DNA of 53,829 bases from a virus (Duplodnaviria; Caudoviricetes), in IMG/VR virus record IMGVR_UViG_3300002989_000005, positions 1 to 53,829 of that record. One strand, given 5' to 3'. Positions 48,201-53,829 of this stretch are shown in pieces. The position numbers and the translations under genes were made by a program. The notes under the pieces were generated by a model. It was not told the DNA's origin and searched no databases. It was given only the letters and a program-made list of their open reading frames with translations. Numbering within the stretch: the first letter of the stretch is position 1; each line of letters starts with the position of its first letter.

Positions 48201-49080
48201 ATTCCAAAACTCCTTCGTCCTCCCATTTCAATGTCAAAAACTCTCTTGATGGTGTGTTTATAAATTTTGAATTTAACTGCATTGAATCATCATCAAAGTC
48301 ATGAATATAGAAACCTTTCTTTTGTCCCTCTTCATTAAATGAAATAGCATTTGGTGGACCAGAGTAATAGACAGGCCTACCACAGTTAGGAATTGATTGT
48401 GCTTTATGAATATGCCCAAGACACACTAAATCATAATTTGAAGCTTCAAGTGCTGCAGTGGGGATTACAATATCACTATTCATGAATAATGCTTCACCGT
48501 TTCCAGTAGTAGACCCCATTACCGTATAATGACTCATGAGTATTAAGGGGAAAGCTTTTATAGCATCTATTCCAATACCCATAATTACCTCGCCCAGCGC
48601 TTCACTAATGGCTTTGTTTTCATCCTCGAAATCCATGCCGGGGAATAGTGATCTAAAATATCCTTTATCCATTCCAGGAACTGCTGCAACTTGAATGCCA
48701 CCGGCTTTAGTATTTATAGTTAAAAGCTGAGGTTCTGTAATTACAATTAAATTATCTATATTCATCTTTCTAATATTTTCGAATGCAGCCATGCTATCGT
48801 GGTTTCCAGTTCCCCACATCAGAACCGTTGGAGCTATGGAACATAAACTTCTAAGCCAACTTGTCGCAAATATTATTTCCTTGAGCATTTCATCGGCCCA
48901 TAATTTACTCTTATTAAACAAATCTCCCGAGATTACTATAATGTCTACATCTTCTTCAAGCGCCTTATCCTCGATAAAATTCATACATTTAATGGTGTCC
49001 ATCATTCTAGCATTTTCACCATTAATTACTGGTCCGTTTAACTCTCCAAGATGAATGTCTGCAGTATGCAATATCTTCAT
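45283..49080 (-). CDS. Fused SbcD (Mre11-like) and SbcC (Rad50-like) nuclease-ATPase
   Basis: ADIH, SGD, GNHD, LGHIH phosphoesterase motifs; GPNGIGKS, coiled coil, C....TC hook-like site, SGGQ, FIDE, SH in one 1265-aa ORF. Confidence 0.92.
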   Translation of the reverse strand: MKILHTADIHLGELNGPVINGENARMMDTIKCMNFIEDKALEEDVDIIVISGDLFNKSKLWADEMLKEIIFATSWLRSLCSIAPTVLMWGTGNHDSMAAFENIRKMNIDNLIVITEPQLLTINTKAGGIQVAAVPGMDKGYFRSLFPGMDFEDENKAISEALGEVIMGIGIDAIKAFPLILMSHYTVMGSTTGNGEALFMNSDIVIPTAALEASNYDLVCLGHIHKAQSIPNCGRPVYYSGPPNAISFNEEGQKKGFYIHDFDDDSMQLNSKFINTPSREFLTLKWEDEGVLEFLNNGLCENSWANLELIKNKIIRVIYSCSDELNKQFSRKSLEKALYAAGAFYVSEIRPEKILVTVDKNALNENDTVEDNLKLWLLKKEVPEDDIKDILELSRPMITTVSASLPTGKLSGVFEPLRLEVKNYRSYLQEEFDFTKISFATVNGPNGIGKSSFFMDAIADCLYEEPREGELTGWISNGDTVKSGAMTFEFLMGADKWRVIRTRVKSGKTTLALQRYVETEWKDFSEDNKTLTQTKILNLLGMDALTFKSCALIMQDNYGVFLEADKADRMQVLGNILGLGIYDKLNDLAKAELKIQNKKVDTLKNEIASLDQKLSTKAVYEESLKGNNSEKVMMFQSILKEEEQLKELKSQLEKLKDIQFELKILTEKIISITTDIGVRSTEKIKLTLDKEKAQKVVDKEETILLKISEYETTKDKITMLKARQTLVNNKQSEVVSVSLDIKKTGVETIVNDRKINTLRVDLKNKEVLQLAVDSLETLEKELGVMDKAKLELLSLEQEQSKAFQEHKMAQKNYENKWEKIESELNSCKKKAELIENSNCLIEKPTCNFLKDAMESKNKIEGLENDKKDCESIDFNAFIAISKTHRIISEKVMAHDYSPVVHESTGKKVIEIRKKKEQLLSLSGKDEMLKNELEIQAELRKKLESLETKLVTLEDEYKVLQAEISELPTLEQAMPTLEHWYKGKDELPIAKQLLTTTNERLDVLDKEITVKEADVFHLTVDRDRLADEMEIVAITDSDVSAKENAIKSYKNELTNIEVLIRVDLSKIDELILIETEKESKVVKLAGVASMTIKNNLLVRAFSIDGIPFQIVRSVVPELSAQANEILSQMTGGKMSIEMRMDKSLKSGKEINVLEIWISDYQRGTMPYLSRSGGQKVKVSLAVAFSLADLKANRVGIRLAMMFIDECPFLDGEGVQAYCDALETIHVNYPEMRILSISHDPAFKARFPQLIEVIDTGDQGSKIIFNG

Positions 49081-49223
49081 GCTAATATCCCCCTCATTCT
49101 CGTAACTATTAATATATCTAATTTCTGAGAAACCTTTATTGTCTGCTTATCCATTAAGCCTTTAGATTTAATTGCCTTATCAAGTTTCTCTTTCATAACA
49201 TCAATCTTTACATCAATATCCAT
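49077..49223 (-). CDS. Second Spo0E-like protein (48 aa, not in ORF track)
   Basis: KIDVMKEKLDKAIKSKGLMDKQTIKVSQKLDILIV; ATGA overlap with the sbcCD start. Confidence 0.8.
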   Translation of the reverse strand: MDIDVKIDVMKEKLDKAIKSKGLMDKQTIKVSQKLDILIVTRMRGILA

Positions 49224-49348
49224 TATTTACACGCCTCCAAATCCAATACTCTCTCAGTTAATTCATGATTTTCAGCTATTAAATTTTTGTTTTGTTTTTC
49301 GAGTTCATCAATTTTCTGCTCAAAGGCCTTTCTTAACTCACTTCTCAT
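49223..49348 (-). CDS. 41-aa coiled-coil protein (not in ORF track)
   Basis: MRSELRKAFEQKIDELEKQNK...; overlaps both neighbouring ORFs. Confidence 0.55.
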   Translation of the reverse strand: MRSELRKAFEQKIDELEKQNKNLIAENHELTERVLDLEACK

Positions 49349-50396
49349 TTTTACCTGTCTCCTTTGCTTTTCTAAACGCTGCAAGCACTTCTTTTTGACA
49401 GTCAGGGCAGTATATTTCCCCTTGGAATTTAGTTTTAGAATATGTGATTATTGCATCTGCGGTCCATTGTTCGTCTATTCCTTCAATAGCAAGTCCACAT
49501 TTACCACATGCAACATTTGGCACATCTTCTATTATTTCAGCATCTACAGATGGAATATCTTCATTGTTTTCACCTGTAGATTCATCATTTGAAACACTGT
49601 CTGAATCAGTGGGGGCTTCTATTTGTTTAGTGCTTGGACTTGGTCCAAACAAAGAATTCAAACTATTTGCATACTGATTTATCATTACATTTTTAAGCTC
49701 TGGATTGTCTAAGTTAGGAACGTAATGGGCAACTATAAAAGGTTTTTTTAATTCGTCCTTTGTATAAGTTGGCTTTATGCTCATTGCTTCACGCAGTGCT
49801 CTATTAAGTGCCTTGGTTTCACACTGTCCACGTTTATGAGATAGAAACTGTGTTAACTGTTTTTCCACTGCATCTGCCTTTTCTTTGTCTGTTGCATTAA
49901 CTGGTTTTTTATTTTTATAAACTTTTAAATTTTTCTTTTGTTCAATATATTCAGCTTTTAAATCATCAATAATTATTTCCTTAGTAGCAGTTAATGTTCT
50001 AAATTGACCAGATGCTTCTGGGACTGAAATCACAACTTCGTGGGCTGTATCCCTTGTATCATACTCAACCACTTTTCCTATTGCCCTAGCCATTTCTATG
50101 GCTGTTTGGTGCGTACTTGGAATTATAGCTTTTGAAGATATTATTTTAATTCCTGCAGCACTCATTAACTTTGAAAGAGCTGTTTTATTTAGTGCTAATT
50201 TATCAACAGAATTATCTCCATATCCCTTAGTTTGAACATAAACATCTCCACCATTTATATCATTGCTTATTTCAACCTCGTTGATAACGATCTTGTACAT
50301 AGAACTAATCTCCTGCATTGTCTTTACAGGTACCAGTAAATTATATTTGTCTGTTGGATAATTATTTAAAATTGCTATTTCTCTATTTTCTTCCAT
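49338..50396 (-). CDS. Putative recombination/annealing-associated protein with C-terminal Zn finger
   Basis: CETKALNRALR motif, acidic linker, CxxC...CxxC; upstream of sbcCD. Confidence 0.55.
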   Translation of the reverse strand: MEENREIAILNNYPTDKYNLLVPVKTMQEISSMYKIVINEVEISNDINGGDVYVQTKGYGDNSVDKLALNKTALSKLMSAAGIKIISSKAIIPSTHQTAIEMARAIGKVVEYDTRDTAHEVVISVPEASGQFRTLTATKEIIIDDLKAEYIEQKKNLKVYKNKKPVNATDKEKADAVEKQLTQFLSHKRGQCETKALNRALREAMSIKPTYTKDELKKPFIVAHYVPNLDNPELKNVMINQYANSLNSLFGPSPSTKQIEAPTDSDSVSNDESTGENNEDIPSVDAEIIEDVPNVACGKCGLAIEGIDEQWTADAIITYSKTKFQGEIYCPDCQKEVLAAFRKAKETGKNEK

Positions 50397-50574
50397 TACT
50401 TTTCACTCTCCAGTTTGTTGATTTTTTCTTTTAACTCTTTTATTTCCTCTTCCTGTTCCTTAACTATCAGCATATATTCTTCTAATGATTTTGCACATTC
50501 AGTAATTGTGAATTTATAATCTGAAAGTGATTCGACTAATTCTTTAGTTCCTTTTTCATTCATGTAACTACCTC

Positions 50575-50916
50575 CTAAAAATTCTTACCTGAAGCAAAGG
50601 CACGTATTGATGGCTTGTCCTTATAATTCATCCTGTTAATTTGAATTTGTATTTTTCTTCTAATGGGCTTAACTGTCTGCTCCAGTTGTGGTACAATTAT
50701 CTCGAATGTTTTTTTAAGATACTTTTCTTTTTCCCATGGATCCATTGGTGTGGATCCATTTTTCTTTCTCAGCTTCAATAAAATATCTACTTTCATTTCT
50801 GCAGCTAACAGTTGAATGGCTGCAACTTCGATAAACTCAGTAGCAGCATAATTGAAATTTTGCTCTGCTTGTTTTAAATCCATAATAGCTTCGGTGATTC
50901 CACTATTTCTCTTCAT
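50575..50916 (-). CDS. YaaL/DUF2508-like protein
   Basis: L.QAEQNFNYA..EFIEVA..QL.AAE.K...LL. Confidence 0.6.
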   Translation of the reverse strand: MKRNSGITEAIMDLKQAEQNFNYAATEFIEVAAIQLLAAEMKVDILLKLRKKNGSTPMDPWEKEKYLKKTFEIIVPQLEQTVKPIRRKIQIQINRMNYKDKPSIRAFASGKNF

Positions 50917-50927
50917 TTATATCCTCC

Positions 50928-51125
50928 TTAATACCCCTCAATTTCTCTAATTTTATCTTCATATCTTTTAATATTTCTTTTAGCATCCATCGTTGCGCTG
51001 TGTTCTACTCCATGACTAAATTTAAGTAGTCCTCTAAGACGTTCTCTCTCTCTTTCTAAATTTTCTTTCCAAAACAGTAAATCGACTTTAGATAATTTTT
51101 GATTAAATGATGCGTTGCTTTCCAT
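50928..51125 (-). CDS. Hypothetical protein
   Basis: AAGGAGG RBS; 65 aa. Confidence 0.7.
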   Translation of the reverse strand: MESNASFNQKLSKVDLLFWKENLERERERLRGLLKFSHGVEHSATMDAKRNIKRYEDKIREIEGY

Positions 51126-51269
51126 TGGTGCCTCCTTTATTAATTTATTTTAGTAAGCATTGCGCTTATTTTGAAATGTTGTCATATTGCGATATTCATT
51201 GAATATATTAAAGTGTGAAGTATTGGGTTTTTTAGATATGAAATAAATTTTTATTTAGGCTTCTCAGCC

Positions 51270-51512
51270 TTATAATTGTTTTTTCTCAGTAGTTATTTTT
51301 TCTAACCATTTCATAAACATTTCTCTGTTGATCAATGTTTTTATGCCTACCTTAAATGCTGGAAAATCATTTGTGAATGTTAACTCTGTTAATTTTTCTC
51401 TACCTATACCACTTACCTCTGCAGCTTCTCTTATAGTCAGTGTTAATTTTGGTTCCTTAGGCTGCATACATTCCTTTAGCATTTCTTTTAACTGATCCTT
51501 TGTAATCTCCAT
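51270..51512 (-). CDS. xis: Excisionase (HTH_17)
   Basis: LTI.EAA...GIG...L......FP.FKVG.K.LI.R..F..WL. Confidence 0.85.
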   Translation of the reverse strand: MEITKDQLKEMLKECMQPKEPKLTLTIREAAEVSGIGREKLTELTFTNDFPAFKVGIKTLINREMFMKWLEKITTEKKQL

Positions 51513-51746
51513 TTACTCCGCCACCTTTACATCAGGGAAGAAAACTGCCTGGACACTTTCTGAAAGTGCATCTGCTATTTTCTGCATTGCTTCTCTTGAT
51601 GGATTTGTTCTATTGTCATTTTCTAAATTAGAAATATAACTGGCTGTTAATCCTGTTAATTCTGCAATTTTATAAACTGAAAATCCAAGTTTATTTCTAT
51701 AAAACTTTATCTTGGTCAACTTGTTCACCTCCGCTTCGTGTTCCAT
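51513..51746 (-). CDS. Cro-like XRE regulator
   Basis: HTH, divergent from the repressor; real start probably the TTG near 51719 after GGAGGTGA. Confidence 0.85.
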   Translation of the reverse strand: MEHEAEVNKLTKIKFYRNKLGFSVYKIAELTGLTASYISNLENDNRTNPSREAMQKIADALSESVQAVFFPDVKVAE

Positions 51747-51909
51747 GAGAATACAATATCATGTTCTATGAGAATATGTAAAATGTAGCATGTCCCTTTA
51801 GAACTCATTAGAATAAATTACCATGTTCTGTGGGAATATATCTCTCTATTTCTTCTATTTACTATTGACTTCATATTCTAATAGCATATAATGTATTCTA
51901 GGAGAACAT
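51738..51909. promoter_or_regulatory. Genetic switch: six 17-bp operators and divergent promoters
   Basis: Variants of ATGTTCT-N3-AGAACAT at 51738, 51761, 51790, 51823, 51873 and 51893; TTGACT-16-TATAAT at 51865-51892. Confidence 0.8.
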
Positions 51910-51963
51910 AATTTATACTTTAATAGTAATTAATACTTTAAGAATATATCGGAGGAATTATAT

Positions 51964-52395
51964 ATGATACTCGGTGACAATATAAAAAAAATAAGAGAAT
52001 GGAAAGAATTAGGATTAAATGAACTAGCAAGAATTGCTAATATGAACGCTAGCTATCTTTCAGCAATCGAGCAAAATAAAAAGACTAATCCATCTGTTAA
52101 AACCTTAGAAAAAATTGCTGATGCACTTGGTGTTTCTTCTAAAGATTTTTTTAGGACCGAACCAATGAGTAATGAAGAATCTTTAATGGAATCATATGAG
52201 TCAAGTAGAGAAAATAGAAATATTATTCCTACCAAGTTTACAAAGATATACGAAGCACGTGAGTATTTAGAAATGCATCAAATATTAGCAGCTGAAGGAT
52301 TTGATTTAAGCAAAATGAATGATGAAGATGTCCTAGACTTTGCAAATGAAATGTTAAAACAAATGAAACTTATAAGCTATAAATATAAAAAATAA
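51964..52395 (+). CDS. Immunity repressor (XRE, ImmR-like, no peptidase domain)
   Basis: N-terminal HTH, acidic helical C-terminus; upstream of int. Confidence 0.88.
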   Translation: MILGDNIKKIREWKELGLNELARIANMNASYLSAIEQNKKTNPSVKTLEKIADALGVSSKDFFRTEPMSNEESLMESYESSRENRNIIPTKFTKIYEAREYLEMHQILAAEGFDLSKMNDEDVLDFANEMLKQMKLISYKYKK

Positions 52396-52416
52396 GTTTA
52401 TGAAAGGGATAGTACT

Positions 52417-53583
52417 ATGGCACGTAAGATAAATATTGAAATAAACGGAAAAGAATATTATAGGATAACTTCTTCTTTTGGGAGAGGTAGTGATGGGAAA
52501 TTAATCAGAAAAGCATTTTATGGTGATTCTAAAAAAGATGCTGAAGCTAAACGAGATGAATATAAACTAGGGATGAAAAATGGATTAAACAAAGATTTTA
52601 AAAATGTTTCATTTGGTGATCTAGTACATTCATGGTTATTCGAGACAATAAGAATATCAAATAAAATTAAGCCCTCCACCTTTGAAAGATATGAGGGCAT
52701 TTATCGTAATTATATTAAAGATAGTATATTGTATGGACTAAAGCTAAGTGAGTTAAAATCTATTCAGATACAAAGATATTATAATAAATTACTTAAAGAT
52801 GGTAAAAGCAGTAATGTAATTAATAATCTGAATAAGTTAATTAAATATTTTTTAAATTATGCAGTTGACGAAGGATATTTAATTAAAAATCCCTGTAATG
52901 GTAAAACAATTGTTATACCTGGAGAATCTGTAAAAGAGACAGAGGTTAGACCATTTACTGATAATGAAATTATTCTTTTAAGGGCTGTATTAGATAGCCA
53001 TAGACTAAAGGCATTATTCTTATTGGATTTAGCTACTGGATTACGACAAGGCGAACTCTTAGGGCTTAAATGGTCTGATATAGATATGATTAATAAAGAA
53101 TTGCATGTAAAAAGAAGTTTAAAACAAGTAAGTATAATATCCGCGGATGGAACTAGAAAACGTAAAACCATTGAGCAAATACCCAAAACAAAGGGTTCCA
53201 TAAGAACTGTTCCTATTCCTAATAATTTAATAAATATATTAAAGGCTCACAGCTCTATTCAAAAACAAGAAAAACTTAAAGCTGGATCATCCTATAAAGT
53301 TAGTGATTTTGTATTTACTACTGAGGTTGGTACCACGATTGATGCTAGGAATATAACTAGGCAATATGAAAGATTATTAATAAGGACTAAAATAGATTAT
53401 AGGAAATTCCATTCTATGAGACATACTTATGCTACAAAGTTATTTGAAAGAAATGTTAAATTAAAAACTGTATCTAAATTATTAGGTCATAGTAGCATAG
53501 CAATTACTGCTGATATTTATACTCATGTAATGCCAAAAGAGAAAAATGATGCTGCTAATTCTATTGATGATTTATTTGATTAA
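52417..53583 (+). CDS. int: Tyrosine integrase
   Basis: TGLRQGELLGL.W, PKT..S.R, FHSMRHTYAT, LLGH, T..IY.H. Confidence 0.96.
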   Translation: MARKINIEINGKEYYRITSSFGRGSDGKLIRKAFYGDSKKDAEAKRDEYKLGMKNGLNKDFKNVSFGDLVHSWLFETIRISNKIKPSTFERYEGIYRNYIKDSILYGLKLSELKSIQIQRYYNKLLKDGKSSNVINNLNKLIKYFLNYAVDEGYLIKNPCNGKTIVIPGESVKETEVRPFTDNEIILLRAVLDSHRLKALFLLDLATGLRQGELLGLKWSDIDMINKELHVKRSLKQVSIISADGTRKRKTIEQIPKTKGSIRTVPIPNNLINILKAHSSIQKQEKLKAGSSYKVSDFVFTTEVGTTIDARNITRQYERLLIRTKIDYRKFHSMRHTYATKLFERNVKLKTVSKLLGHSSIAITADIYTHVMPKEKNDAANSIDDLFD

Positions 53584-53625
53584 TGTGAGGGAAACAACAT
53601 CTTTTTATTTTTTATACTTTTCTAG

Positions 53626-53645
53626 TGTGTTAAAAGTGTGTTAAA
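53626..53645. promoter_or_regulatory. Probable integrase arm-binding sites
   Basis: TGTGTTAAA at 53626 and 53637. Confidence 0.7.
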
Positions 53646-53652
53646 TAAAAAA

Positions 53653-53688
53653 TATAGCGAGTTTTACATTTCTGTAGAACTCGCTATA
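53653..53688. terminator. Hairpin terminator between int and att
   Basis: TATAGCGAGTTTTACA-TTTC-TGTAGAACTCGCTATA with a T-tract on the minus strand. Confidence 0.75.
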
Positions 53689-53693
53689 TCAAC

Positions 53694-53829
53694 GTTCATG
53701 GTGCGCCCAGCGGGAGTCGAACCCACGACCTACAGATTCGAAATTTTACTTTTTATAGCTTTCTATATATTCATACAACTTATTCATACCAACGCTTTAT
53801 GTACTATATCATAATATAACATTCTATAG
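53694..53829. repeat. Right att direct repeat, containing the tRNA-Arg 3' half (53699-53742)
   Basis: Matches 409-544 up to the window end. Confidence 0.95.

Larger units (their letters stand above)
409..53742. mobile_element. Temperate siphovirus prophage at a tRNA-Arg(UCG) site
   Basis: Flanking direct repeats offset by 53,285 bp; integrase next to the right repeat; full set of lysogeny, replication, packaging, head, tail and lysis modules. Confidence 0.95.

Noticed and set aside
1-53829. CRISPR array, diversity-generating retroelement, intron, intein or invertase
   Set aside because: By eye I found no regularly spaced repeat-spacer array, reverse transcriptase, second recombinase or interrupted core gene.

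Overview
The window is almost entirely one apparently complete, low-GC Clostridium-type temperate siphophage (prophage unit 53,285 bp, 409-53693). It lies between two 136-bp direct repeats that each contain the 3' half of a tRNA-Arg(UCG). From right to left: integrase/repressor/cro/xis switch; an early recombination-replication operon (fused SbcD-SbcC, HNH-AP2, PcfJ, SSB, ERCC4 nuclease, primase-helicase, iteron origin); late activator; terminases; SPP1-like head with a moron cluster containing a Tad1 anti-Thoeris sponge; tail with a -1 frameshift chaperone; tail fibres; lysis; and an ~11-kb accessory arm. The most unusual observations: (1) a Trp-rich leader peptide (MPWWLWWL) with competing RBS-sequestering hairpins just upstream of the lysis cassette; (2) an inserted cassette with Ku plus ATP-dependent ligase divergent from an SOS-boxed, DNA-binding-domain-only LexA; (3) a SpoIIIAC-like/FtsK/relaxase-like operon followed by a repeat-rich site; (4) two unannotated Spo0E-like phosphatases and a YaaL-like gene, suggesting an interface with sporulation; (5) a duplicated candidate sRNA with a C-rich loop; (6) a right junction that has attP rather than attR structure. 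All protein family calls come from motif recognition by eye. No database searches or folding programs were run.
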